Of a DNA stretch of 64,000 nt, positions 24,922 to 38,356 are shown one piece after another. A model generated the notes under the pieces. That model did no database searches. It was not told where the DNA came from and saw only the letters and a list, made by a program, of their open reading frames with translations. The position numbers and the translations under genes are program-made. Position 1 is the first letter of the stretch; each line of letters opens with the position of its first letter. The DNA is taken from positions 22,124,213 through 22,188,212 of the forward strand of contig OZ234493.1 of the NCBI GenBank assembly GCA_965153455.1, given 5' to 3'. This stretch comes from Sphagnum compactum (Eukaryota).

Positions 24922-27900
24922 AATCCCAGACTCAACCCCATGTGAGTCCTCTCTTTCGTCCACTTTTTCCTGTTTTGTGAGCAACCCTATCAATAATCCT
25001 AAGAAGATGTTGCAGCCAAATATACCTTAGTGGATCACTACTCCCAGATCTGTAGGAACTCTTGAGCTTTTCCTTTCAGAGCATTGTGTCCAGATCTGTA
25101 GGAATTCTGAGGCTTTTCTTTCAGAGAATTGTGTCAGAATCAATCTGTGCATCATCATCTAAGACAGATGAACCTTGATTGCTTTCTCCAAGTGCCTACT
25201 GCTGCAGCCAGTGGAAATTTGTTACGTGCTTGAAGAGTTTTCTGAGGGAGTGCAGTGGCAGAAGGCCCATAACCTTCATCACATGATCTTGTATCAACTG
25301 AACAGTACCTTGTTGTGTGTTTCTAGCTAAAAGCTGTCATGTGCTTTTCAATGACGCTAGCTTTTCTCTCTTTGAGTCTCTTTGAGATCATGAGGCAGCA
25401 TTTTTTTTTTTTTGTTGCCATCTTTCTTCTGCTTTCTCCATGGTTTGTTGGCATTGATATGGATGCTTGTGATGATTGGCATTGTGATTTGAGTAGTGTC
25501 TTGCAGAGAAATGCTTGAGCTCTTATCTGTTGGCTAACAAATCATCTGCAGAAAGAGTGTTGTAATCAATGAATGACTGACATCCTCAGCCACTATGGTA
25601 TTTAGGTTGTGAATTATGAAGCAGCAAAGTTGTTTGAGTTGAGGTTTAGTACATCTCCTATAAAATGGCACAAGAGATGTGGACTATGGCTAAAACATCT
25701 CTGATTGTCCTCATGACTACCAGTCAGCTTCCAATCTAGTTACAAGTTGCACACAGTGTCTTCTCCTGCCAAAACAAGTTATTCTTGTTTTGCTATAGAA
25801 GATAATGCACACAGTCTAGAATCAATTATTGTTTTTCCAGCTTCCAACCAGAGGGAAGCAAGACAATGCACATTTGTTAGGTGTGGAATAGGAAGTACCT
25901 GAGTACCCATCTACGAGCTGGGATAGAGATTTAGGTGGTGTAATAGCTGCAGGGGAGCTGGACAGCAAAGAGAGGCATGCCTAGGCTGCAGCAAGATTCA
26001 GAGCTTGATTCCAGATTACTGACAATGTGCTGTAGCCAAAAGAATGTGCATCAATCTGAATGAGCTCTCACATTTGTTCCCTACTTGTGCACTCTTTTGA
26101 GCCCTCTTTGCATGTCCAGGGGGTTCTTATTTCCTTCAGAAATCAAAGGCAGTTGGACATGTTTTCCACCTTCCAAAATATATGGAGTCAAGTCCCCTCC
26201 AGGCCATCAGATTCTTTGAATAAAATGCCTCCCCAACAGTTGGTTGGACATTCATTAAGCCAGTATCCCGAATAGACAATGCCCAAGCTCAGAAACAAAC
26301 ATGTAAGTGAGCTGGAAACTTGCATAGGCTAGGGTTGTGATCTGGTAATTTTGGCTAAGGTAGAGGGAGATATGGGATATGCTGGTGTGAGTGACATCTG
26401 CAGGGTTATCTTCAGGTTCAGTTCTGAGTTCCAATTTTGATTTCATGTTGAAAGTCATTGAGAATAAACCATAACAGTCAGTAAGATAAAACAAAACATC
26501 CTCTGACATCAGGGCACAACCTACAGGAACATGCAATTATCCTTCCAACCATCAACCCACACAAATACACTACCTCCCAACTCCAAAGTCTTCTGATGAC
26601 CTACATTTCCAGCTTCAGAAGCTTTCAAAAATCTAACTCTCTGTAAGCTAACATGACTAACCCTCTTTGTTGCCAAATTCAAAAGTTTTCCCAAAGCTCA
26701 TGATCCCATGTAGTTACAAGTTCCTATTGTAGGTTGACATGAGAGTTGCAAGACACCGTTTGGAAACACTTGAAGGCCAACTGAGAATTCAAGAACTTTG
26801 AACAAAGCTAATAAAGGACCATAGTGACAAATATGTCAAAAGAGATTGCAGAGACATCTCCACAACAGCTTGTGAAGGGTAACACAACACTGAGTGCAGC
26901 CATAACCTTATGAGAGTTGCTTGCAAAATGTCAGACCATTACCTTCATCATGAGTAAGCTGTGTAAGCTAACATGACTCTCCCATTGACTTCATCAGCTC
27001 CTGATGGTGGGTTTAGGATACGCATGGAATAATCCAAACAGTATTTCAGGCAAAGCACCATACTAACATTTGCATCCTAAGTTTCTGCTTGAATTTCTGG
27101 TAACAACGAGAAGACTAAATCATGACATCAGCTATCACTCAAGATTGTAGTTGCAAAGTGTTAGGGTAAAGCTGCAGGATTGGGGCGTTATTTGGTGTCA
27201 TGACCACGAGATTTTTTTTCATTTTTCTTGTGATACCTGCAAGATATCTGCTGGGTATCACAGGAAAAAGGTGAAAGAAAGAAATTCATTAGATTCGGAA
27301 ATTGACAGTCAAGAAAAAGTTGACATATCACCAAAATTGACAAGTTCTAGTTTTTTTAAATAATCCCTAAACCCAAAACTTGCGGGTCATCCAGTTTATA
27401 AAAAGACACTAAACCCAGACCAGATGACTCCTCTACAAAGCCAAGAACCAGCAAACACTGACCTTGACCTAGTAAACACTTCTTTTTACAGTAGTGGCCT
27501 TATCATGAATTTGGTCTTCTATTCTTTGAATGTGATGCTGGTTTCTTGCCCCCAATCTTCTTGAGAAATCACCAACTCAAACTTCCATTGTACTTTAATT
27601 ACACATGCTTTCCTTATGCAAGTCTATGTTATGTAGTTAAAAAGGCAGTGACAATTACATCAACATTCCATATTACGGATCAAAATGTAGTTCATGTTGC
27701 ACATATCATGTTGTAACACATCATATTACAAAATGTTAAACCAATCTGCAATTGGATTATGTTCCTTTTGTTTCATGTGTTGGTAAATGTTTTGTATGTA
27801 AAATTTTACATGTCATGTCAAAATATACTTATATATTGTTACACTTATGCTATGTTCACACCTAATGCTAAAATGATGGTAATTGCATTTCAAGAAATTG

Positions 27901-28049
27901 TTAAAATGCTAGCATCCGCACCTAATGTTACAATTATCATTATAAATGACATGGCATCTAACACAACAATCAATGGCAACACATTGTTAAGATAAAGTGT
28001 AAAATAACAAGTGGTAAAATGTCACCCAAGTTAATCAAGAATGCACTAC

Positions 28050-28960
28050 AAGAGCAATGTTACATTGTCAAGCCTGATATGAACCATGTAAATCTGTGGT
28101 AAGTTATTGTCAATCAAAAAAACTTGTGGCAAATCAAGGAATGTGCATTTTTGTCTTCCCTTGTAGATCATGAAATGTCTTTTTTAGTATACTAAAGGCA
28201 TTTTCTAGAACACATCAAGTTCACTTGTGATTTTCAATATAAAACATCTAAAAGATGTTATGTGTGGCATCAACAATCACGATAGTAAGAGATACCCTTT
28301 ATGTCTTAGCAAATAGGGAGCAAAACTTTCTTGACCTTTATTTACATTGAAAAGTCCATGAAATTGAGCATAGTAGTTATAAAGTGAAGACCTTTTCACA
28401 TACTCAGGATGCATTTACACTCCTTGCAAGACCAACAAGAGGTCAGTAAATTATTTATTTGTCATCAACAACTACTTGACAAACAACACTATAACCTCCA
28501 ATTTTGTGGTTAAAATAATCCTCACAATAAGGTCCAATAGGTTTTGAAATAGAAAAATGTGTGCCATTGATGGCCCATTTAATGTTTGGGAGACCACAAA
28601 AAGTTTTAAAACCTTGCATTATTGGGTCCATCTTATTTCCAAATGGCCAAATGATGAGCTTCCTAAAAATAATGTTGATCACCACATCAAGATGATCTTT
28701 TTGAAAATAAGTGAAACAATTAATCAACCCACCACAAACAATTCATTGCAAATTAGTAGATTACAACCTTGTGCAATATTGTACAAGGCAAAAGTGATAC
28801 TTACCTCCATTTAGATAAACAACTTGTTGCATGTGTCTTGCTTTCGAATTAGAGGCCTCAAACAATCAACAATGGCAAACAAAGTCTCCTTCCACCTCAT
28901 TGGAAATTTTGGAGCCAACACGAATTATAATATTCCATAATGAGGAATAATATGGAAAAC
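28050..28960 (-). mobile_element. Degenerate PIF/Harbinger transposase relic
   Basis: Decayed DDE_Tnp_4-like motifs across frames: GLPNIKWAINGTHF (GAIDGTH), YSVVCQVVVD, GSVNAS (PGSVNDS), YLLRHKGYLL (YLLGDKGYPL), VLENAFSILKKTF. Stops and frameshifts present; termini not found. Confidence 0.75.
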
Positions 28961-30615
28961 CAATTGTTGACCTCAACTTCACTTAGTGATGGAACTCTAT
29001 AAGCAACAACCTCAAGTTGCAAGCAAACATATGACATTGTAGACACATAAACATAACGATGGCCTCCCTGATGTTGGTTGCAACTATAATATTCAGCACA
29101 AAACATGAGTAAGTACAAAAATATTGACTTGAAAATCAAGCTTTGTAGTAACAAGATCAATAAAAAAAAACCAACTACATGTTCATCATTGATATCCATT
29201 GACAGAAGATATATCAAAACACAATATTAAGACGAACGTCAAGTAAATGAATAAAGAACACGCATTGAGCAAATGTAGAAAGCATCAACATTTTGCGTCA
29301 CGATGAAAATATCAACACCAAACTTTGCCAACATGTAAAATCACTTTTGTTGAAATGCTAGTTTATGTATTAGTTAGTAGGTCTAAACAAAGTTAGGTTA
29401 AATCATAACTAGGTTTTAAACTTTAAAATGGTTGTTAGTTTATCATTAGGTGTAAACATGTGTCAATACCTTATTAATGTTTAGTAACCTAAAACCTAAT
29501 GTTGTTCATGCTTTAGGAAATGATGTATTCAGTTGTGTGCTTACTTGCAAATTAGCTTGAAAGCTTATTGTCGAAAATTGTGAAGTTGTTGCTTGTGATT
29601 GCCAATTTGTTATTCCTGAATGTGTTTGTGAATGCGCTCCCGATGCCATCATTCAAAGATCCTATGCAGCTTCTACATGCTTCTTCAAGCTTTAATGCAA
29701 CAAACTTATGTGCTTCAAGATTTGGCGGAACAACACTTCTACCTTGCTTACTTAAGGTTCGGCAGAGCTCATTTCTTCAAGATTTGATGCTAGTTTAACA
29801 CCCTATTTCTCAAATTGTTAGTTTAGTTATGTTGATAGGGCCGCAAACAAGCAAGAATCTAGGATTTTGAAAGATTTTTACCTCCGCACTTGTTTCTTAA
29901 CATTGGGCTATCAACTTTGATAACTAGGTTGTTGGTGTGCCACATAGGCAATCCACGTTGTCTAACTACCAATAGACCTTGCTTTGTATGAACATTGTTA
30001 CCTTAAAAAGGATTTATCGACTCTACTATCAGTTGGTATGAATGAACCATAAGTGATTTATACTTGTAGGTCCATGCACAAAACTGGTTTAAAGATAGGA
30101 AAAGGCATGAAGTAAAAACAATTGTTGCAGCCATAGCTTAGTTACATCGAACATTTTAAAACAGTTATCAACTAGGATTGGGTACATAGGCTACGTAGCT
30201 GGGTGTAGCCTAGGCCTAATTGACCATCACGTCATGTTGGGAGTTACCTCCCATCCATGGAGGATGAAAAAGGTTCTCATCTCATCCATTCCCCCAAGAG
30301 CTTTCTTTAGTCATCATGTTCCCATGATTGTTCCCCACAATCCAAAAACCTTTTTGGTCCACTGCATTCCCAATGGCTGTTCCCTGCAGTCCAAGAGCCT
30401 TTTTGGTTCAACGCCTCCCCAATGGCCGTTGCCCACTGCAAGGAATGGCCATTGGGAATACAGTGAACCAAAAAGGCTCAAAATAATAGTATAGATGATT
30501 TTTTAGAATTAGCTGGGGACTATGGGGGTAAGCCAACATAAGAACTTGGTCTTTAATGAAGAGTTTTTAGATCAAACCCAAGCTCTCGTCTGTTACTACA
30601 TCATGTAGTTTTTCG

Positions 30616-30860
30616 ACCCTATTGGTATTGCAATGCTGGTGCAACATCAACAACATATTGCAAAATTCTTGGCCAAAAAACTCTAAGGCATGGGAACAAA
30701 GCAATCAATTTCATCCACTGTCAAGTAAGTTTCCAAGACCCTATTGGTACCACAATGCTGGTGCAACACCAACAACATATTGCAAAATTCTTGGTCAAAA
30801 AAAATCATAAGGCATGAGAACAAAGTAATCAATCTCATCCACCATCAAGTAACTTCTCAA
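30616..30860. repeat. Two-copy ~122 bp tandem duplication
   Basis: gaccctattggta...caacatattgcaaaattcttgg...taaggcatg..aacaaag...tcaagtaa occurs twice. Confidence 0.8.
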
Positions 30861-33761
30861 CACAGTTGTTCTTTCTCAGACTGTGTTGTTTCTCAGCCCA
30901 GTGGCGCTGGATGTATGTCAGTGGCTGATAGGTAGGTGGGTAATAAACAGTATTTTTTTAAGGCGAAATTTCATCAAAATTTGACCTGAAAAATAGGATT
31001 TCGACCTATAAAAATGTTTTTGTCATGGAAAAAGTGACCCATATTCTCCAGATTTCAAAAGTCAATTCTCAAACTTAGAAATATAGAAAACTTGTCAACT
31101 ACTCTTCGACAATTTTTTAGACTTTTCACAAGATTGCAAAAATTCGCCACAAAAAAAATTCACTAGTCTGAATGTGCAATGTTCCTTTGTGAACTCACTG
31201 TATCTTATTTGCAAAAATAGATTAAACAACAACCAATAGCCAGATAAAAAATAAAGGAATCTCTTGCATAATGGTGAAACCATGCAACATGGCTAGGTAA
31301 TGTGATCTGCAAAATCAATTCGATAATTTAAAAAAGCAGCAAAAGCAACCTGTAAATTCTGGCTAGGTCTTTGGATGTCATCCATACATTTGTTCCAAAG
31401 TTCAAGCCAAAGTTTTACCACTCTTACACTGATGTCTCTTCTTGCTTCTAGCCAGCGTCAAGGCAAAACAATACAAACAAGAACCATGGTAACCATTGTG
31501 GTTAGTCATGAGACAATAATATCCCCATGGAAAAAAGTGTTTCATTTCCCTCACCATCCATCCCTCATGGTGCATTCTGGTGACTACTGGTTCACTCTAG
31601 CCAGCTTTTTATATTTATTCCAATGACCCATACCATAAAATGGAACGTTCGGGCCCACTTAACTTAGGCATGGGCCATGAAATTTTATGTAAGGTGAAGT
31701 TTCATGCTTCAACGATACTGGAGTAGGTAAGGATTCCAGTAGGGCCCATTTAACTCAGGAATAGGACATGCACATTTACATGTTAGTGTAAGGTAAAGCC
31801 TCTTAGGGTGGGGGGATTCTCAAAATAAGGGCCTGCCTAGGATGAGGCAATATGGCCAAGTCTGGCACCGCATTTAAAGAATGTACCCCACTCATGGGCT
31901 TTAAAGCACGAGGCAAAATTGATCATGGACCGAACCTATGTAGATCCTGAGGTGTATGCTTACTTCTCAATAATCATGAGAGGGTTTTTACACCAATAAG
32001 TAGGCATAATTCCCTCCCAATTTCACATAAGGTGGCCTCAGCCCCCTCCACATACACTACCAATTTTCTTTGAGTGCTTTGTGAAAGGAAAGGCACTGCC
32101 ATCAGGTGCCTTCCAGTATACATTTTCCAGAAGGTAAAGCACACTGCTATCATTTTCACAATGTACTCAGAGGGCACCTTATAACTATGAAAGTTAAGTT
32201 AATGAGTGAGTGGAGGAACTTTTCACTTGTAGAATGTTCAGTAGCTGTGCTTTACGCAGGATAAAAGCCCTTGGAGAGGGCATTCTCAGACTAAGGGGTG
32301 GCCTCGGCTCTCCTCGCATGGGCCCCTTATTGTGAGAATGCCCTCCCCCTACCTCCCCCTACGGCTTCACCTAACACATGATTAGTATTTCGACCGTGGA
32401 TTCACATAGGTAAATGAATACTCTACACGTTGGGCGTTATCCCCATTTGTGCTTCCTTTGCTTCGTCTGAATAGGTAGGTAGTAAAGTAAAACTCAATCG
32501 AGCTGGTAGACCATTAGGCATCTGACATAGGAAAGATGCGAGTGAACCAGAAACTACACTGATACCTTCGCCACAAAAGAGTGATAACAGCAAAAGGACA
32601 AAGAAGGGACGGTAATTTTAACACTCCCAAAGCTTTGTATATATTTTTTAAAAAAATTCTTCCCGTGGGATTTCGCAAATTTTGCTGGAAAAGCACACAT
32701 GTTACACGGGAACAACAGATTCTCCCAAGTTTTGGGTCTCTCGAAAAAATCACAAATAGCCAAAATTCGTCCCAAAAATAAATAAATAATCCTCTACTGC
32801 CACTTTAATAAAGGTTATTGCTTTTGCTGAGGTATTTCTTGGCCAATGGCACCATTTCAAGCCAACAAAAAATACCCCACTGGATTGGATTTTTTTTGTG
32901 ATACAAACCTTGTGAGCATCCAAAAGATTTTCCAAAATGTTTTTGGAGCTAACTTATTATTAGCGTGAGGAGGAGCGTCCAGAGTTCGAGTTATTTGCTA
33001 TGAGGTGAGCACATTACTTGCCACTTTGCATTCTTCAGTTTTTCCTCATGATCCATCTCCCCATATTTGTTTGTTTGTTTGTTTGCATTTGAGAGAGAAT
33101 TTGGTAAAAGAGTTCGATAATAGCTGCTGCTGAGCTTTTAGTTGTAGATTCTCTTTCGCCCCTTTTTGCATGCTTGTACCTACTCTTTGTTTCATCTTTG
33201 AATTTCTCAGGCTGTTCTTGCCCAGCGGAGGTGAAACAGAGGAAATTCATCACGATTCATCTCTATTCTCTCTGAAATTGCTCACAAGTTCAAGTTACTG
33301 CCAGTCATGCATAATATGTTGTCGATAGCTATAGAAGTTTCTGAAGTTTCTCAGTTTTGGCACTTTCTTTTCTTGTTTGATTATTTATTGTTGTAAATGG
33401 AACACCATTTGTGGGTTAAGGATGGAGCGTTACTCCTTAGATTGTCGCAAGTTGGCAGTAGATTTTTCGGTTGCCAGATTCACCCCACTGTGCCAGGGAT
33501 CTGATCCTTGTAAGGTTTGTGATTCTTTTTTGGGATCAATTATCGGAAACTTGTAAACTGAAGATGGCGAAGAGAAAAAAAGCCTGGATTACAGAAAATT
33601 TTGTTCTTGACACTTGTACGATGTCTCTGTGTTCATATATACCTATGACTTCAGTTTCTTGGATTATTTGCAATCAATCTTTGGAGTCAATTTGATCAAG
33701 TCGTTTTGCTCAAGCTCAGCTATTCTGTCTTGTTTTGTCAGGTTCAAACACTAGAGAAAAC

Positions 33762-35945
33762 ATGAAGCTGTATGGCGCAGGCACTGCCAATGTGCACCGT
33801 GCACTACTCGTCCTGTTTGAAAAAGAGGTAGGTTTTGACCTCATCAGCTGCTGTATTCATGTTCATAAAAACACAAAGTACATAGTTTGAGGTCTCACTC
33901 AAAAGTTTCAAGAATATATTCTGTCAGTTTTTGTCAGAGACAAGAAGAGGTTCCTCTGTGCATCAACTCAAAGGCAATTTACTATTCCTCTTTCCATGTC
34001 TGTTCCAGGTGTGGGATGTTGAGCTGGTGCATGTGGACCTTCTTGCTGGAGAGCACATGAAGCCATGGTATCAGGCTATGCAGGTATACATGGCCTTTCT
34101 TTACAATCACAAAAGCATGTAAAATAAGTGTTGATAGTAGGGTTTCTTTTGTTCCAAGATGACTTTGTGTCTCAGTAAATTGTATGCTAATAACCAAAAG
34201 AATTTCAATCAAAGCAAGCAACAAAAGAAAATCTTATTACTCTAATAAGTGGTTGAAGCCAATGTTGTCTGGTCTTAGGTTTTGAAGAGAGCCTCTGGTC
34301 CTAGTTTGGGCTAAATTTTAATCTGATGGAAAGAACCTCCATTTCCAGCTAGTTAATCCTTAATTTGATGTATGCTCTGCCTAGGTTCTTGGAGTGGTTC
34401 TTCACATTCTTTAAAACAAATCTCCAACTGAGTCTGATGTCACCTAACTACACACATTTTTGAGATGTGACTATCTACAGATATAGTAGATAGTCACAGA
34501 CCACTCAGGTAGTGGAGATGATGGTTTGATATGTTGCAAGCAACATTCACAATGTTATGGCTGCCTTAATTTCCGTAGATTGTTTTCATTTGTTCAAGAT
34601 TGATCCTTTTTAAAAAAATTACCCTGCATGTAGTTTGTGGAGTTTCTCTCTGCAATCACATTGATATCAACATCATCTCGATTCATCTTTGTTCCAAGCA
34701 AGGTACTTAGGATCAAAGCTATAATGACTGTAGTTACAACATGGAAAAGTGATTTAACTACAGAGGAGCTTGTAGCCTGAACAGGTGACTGCGACACTCA
34801 CCACACTTTTTCTGTGTGTTTCTTTTTCTGAAGGGATCTAAATTGTTTTTGTGTTTGCTTGTAAGAAGGCATCTGTAAATTGAGGTTAGGATTTCTGGTT
34901 CTTTATTCTAGAAGTGAAAGTTATAAGGTCATTAGAAAAGGACTTCATTGCTCCTAAAGTTCTCAAATTCATGGCTCTTCTTAACACTACTCAAGCTCAG
35001 TCCAAACTGGGCGCATAGGGTTTATGACAACAAGGCAATCACAGTGCTTTACTGTAGAGAGTAGTCTCCTTTCTCTAGGTTAGTAGTTATATTCTGTCAT
35101 GGTTTTGTGTGCCTTATCAAGATATCATTACTCTGATGTCCTCAGTCATGAGAGATTTCTTTTCAAGGCAAGTTTGATATATAGTGGACTATGTTTCCCG
35201 CACCATGACACAAAACTGACATAGGTTACTGGTTTCCATTGGAATCTACTGATTGAGGTTGGATGCTGATGCAGCCATTCCACCAAATACCTCTTCTTGA
35301 AGATTGTGACTTTCGTCTTTATGGTGAGGATATGAATCACACTCCAGATCAAATTGTAGTAGTTATGTTGTAGTGCTTTGTGAATGATAACTCTTGCATA
35401 TCTGAAATCTCTTTCCCTTTATTCACTTCATTTCCATACATGATCAATCTAACTTACAACTTGGTGGGTTGTGAAATGAAGAGTCGCGAGCTATAATTAG
35501 GTACATTGCTGAAAAGTACGAAGGCCAAGGAGCACCCCTGCTGGGAAAGACATTGAAAGAGAGAGCATTGGTCAACCAATGGGTAGAAGTAGAGGGTCAA
35601 AATTTCTTTGCTCCATATGAAGCAATTAGTTTGGAGAGTTTTAAAGCCTTTTATTTCAAGAGACCTCTTGACAAGCAACTAGTTACATCTAACTTTGAGA
35701 AACTTGAGAAGGTTTTCAATGTATATGAAGCTCAATTGTCAAGGAACAAATACCTTGCAGGTGACCATTATAGCATTGCAGATCTTGTTCACACACCAAG
35801 TCTTCACAGACTTAAGAGGGTGGAAGTAGATGCCTTTGCAAAGTGGAAGCATGTAACTGCCTGGTATGAAGACATCAGATCACGTCCAGCTTTTCAGAAA
35901 GTCCTGGAGTGGGACTCAAAGTGGCCATTCGTAAAAGCAGAATAA
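33762..35945 (+). CDS. GSTF: Phi-class glutathione S-transferase (~217 aa); exons 33762-33827, 34009-34083, 35275-35323, 35482-35945
   Basis: MKLYG...RALLVLFEKE/VWDVELVHVDLLAGEHMKPWY..Q/PFHQIPLLED...YESRAIIRYIAEKY...LVNQWVEVE...YEAQLSRNKYLAGDHYSIADLVH...W..DIRSRPAFQKV. Has the 49-nt exon typical of phi GSTs. Probable 5'UTR intron 33005-33741. Confidence 0.92.
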
Positions 35946-37907
35946 TACTCTTGCTTCATATCGAATGTTGATGTTTATTTCACATCATGACAATGGAGCC
36001 TCTAACATCAAGTTACTTTCATATGTGGTATTCATAAGCACCAGAACTTCCATTTTTCTCAATTTCTCCTCATGCCATCTCTAGGGTACTGTCTTCAAGG
36101 AGCTGTTCTTTCTAAAGTCATCAAAGGCCTTATTCACTATATCTATGTTGTGTGCCATTTTACTGTGTCTTAAGGTTGAACCTAAAACCCTAGGAGAGCT
36201 GTGGATGAATGCCAAAGATAATGATGCTTTCTGGAGAATCTTTGTTGATAAACTTGTATTAAAAGATCCAGAGAGTTTTCATGTTATGCGGTCAAGTTCT
36301 TGTCACCTACATGATCTCCATAATTGCTGGGAAATTGGAATGGTTACATATTTCTTATGAAAGTTCAGCTCCGTGAGCTCCAATGTCTGCACAAATCCTG
36401 TACAAATTCACAAGACATGGATGATTTTGAAGAGCTAGTTTGTTTAAATACCACCAAATACATACCAGTCATGGATATGATTCATGATTGGCAGAAATGT
36501 CCTGTTATTCTTCCTTTTCATGTCTTTGTTGTGGAGTGCAATCTGTAATGTGCAAGTTTGAGAAGTGTCTTCCTGTCTGGCTGCCACCTTGGAAATCTTT
36601 CAATTTTTCACTCCCAGAGACAAGCTTGGATGCACCTCATTTTGTCCAGACATGGCAGGGTAAGAAAGAGTGCTTGTGCAGCGAAGCAATGTAAATCTTC
36701 CATTTTCAATTACAGTAGAGAGAAAATGTATCCTTCCTTGATACCTCATGATTTCTTTAGCATCAAGAAAAAGAACCATTATCAGAGACTAAAATATACA
36801 ATTCAGAGACTTTGTCTGTGCAACAAAGCAGACTGTTTCACAAAAATTATGAGCCATTCCTCCCCATAACACATCAAAGGTAAATGTTGTATAATTTCAA
36901 GCAAAACCAAAATGAAACATGAGAAGTGCAGTAATCACCTTCAGAGTATCAGAGTATCACCTTCATCAGAAGATAAACTCTCATAAGTAGAGAGAAATCT
37001 CCATACTCATGATTAAGCAAGAAAGGACAATATGAAAAACTTTTTGTGGAACTAAAAAAATAAAGACTTCTAAATGGGGAAGAAGAAGAAAAGCACAGAA
37101 CAATAAAATTAGCAGTATGAACAACAGAGACAGCCTCTCACTTGTTCATGGACAATCAACAGTAACTTGTATGATAGTGACTTATCTGTCCCAACTTACA
37201 CCCAGACTTCATCATCTCATGAAGGTGGGCATAGGCCAGTGTAACCACCAGCCTATGTACAAGTTTCTGCTGCAAGTGCAGAAGCAACAGCAAGACTCAG
37301 CCCCGATACTGGCTAGCACCTAACACCACAGGAGGCAAAAACATAGAGAAAACAGAGCGGGACAAAACAAAGAGCATGCACATAGGAAGCAAAAGCAGAA
37401 TATAACAGACAAAAGGGAAAAGACAAATGAGGACCTTCACGAGATGATATACGGAACATAAAAGAAATTGACTGAAGAAACACAATATCTTCGTCATCAC
37501 TGAGAATTTCTTCATACTTGTGATTTAAGTCAACCTAAACAGAATTGAGAAATGACCTCAAAATAAGGTTATAGATAATTCAGATCTTAACAAGCAAACA
37601 GACTACACACATGCAATACTGTAAACAAAGGACTGTGCATATTAAAAACTATAGAAAATTCACACATAAATACCCTTGTGACATTTGGCAATTCTTTCAT
37701 GCAATTCCACTTCTTCAACCTTGGACAGTTAGAGTATAAAATTCTTCCTGTTGCCTTGATGATGAGCAATTTGTTCCTGAAACAATTATCAATGCAATTC
37801 CCTCTCCTTGATATGTTACCAACCCTCAACAATCACTTCATTATCCTCACTATTCTCCAATTCAGCTGCTTCCAACAGCATGACCTTGTCCTTCTGCAAA
37901 CTACCAC

Positions 37908-38325
37908 TGTACTAGCAAGCATATTACAAGCATAATATGCTCTGTATCCTGACAACGTGAAAAAACTCTTTGTGTGGGTGCAATGCTCTAAATTCTCCAT
38001 ATCCCAGAATGATTGGCTGGTAAGTCACAAGGTTGACCCAAAGAGCAGTGTACTAGCAAGCATATTACAAGCATAATATGCTTCATATCCTGACAATGTG
38101 AAAAAACTCTTTGTGTGGGTGCAATGCTCTAAATTCTCCATATCCCAGAATGATTGGCTGGTAAGTCACAAGGTTGACCCAAAGAGCAGTGTACTAGCAA
38201 GCATATTACAAGCATAATATGCTCCATATCCTGACAATGTGAAAAAACTTTTCTTGTGGGTGCAATGCTCTAAATTCTCCATATCCCAGAATGATTTGCA
38301 GGTAAATCAAGATTGACCCAAAGAG
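37908..38325. repeat. Three-copy 141-bp tandem repeat immediately downstream of the L25 stop codon
   Basis: Unit TGTACTAGCAAGCATATTACAAGC...GACCCAAAGAG starts at 37908, 38049 and 38190. The copies are nearly identical. Confidence 0.92.
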
Positions 38326-38356
38326 ACTATTCGTTTGGTGATAGTAGCACAGTCTC

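Noticed and set aside
24499-24993. 164-aa minus-strand ORF
   Set aside because: Antisense shadow of the fibrillin-like CDS.
37200-37900. Exon-like minus-strand patches downstream of RPL25
   Set aside because: Interrupted by stops and unassignable; at most a decayed fragment.
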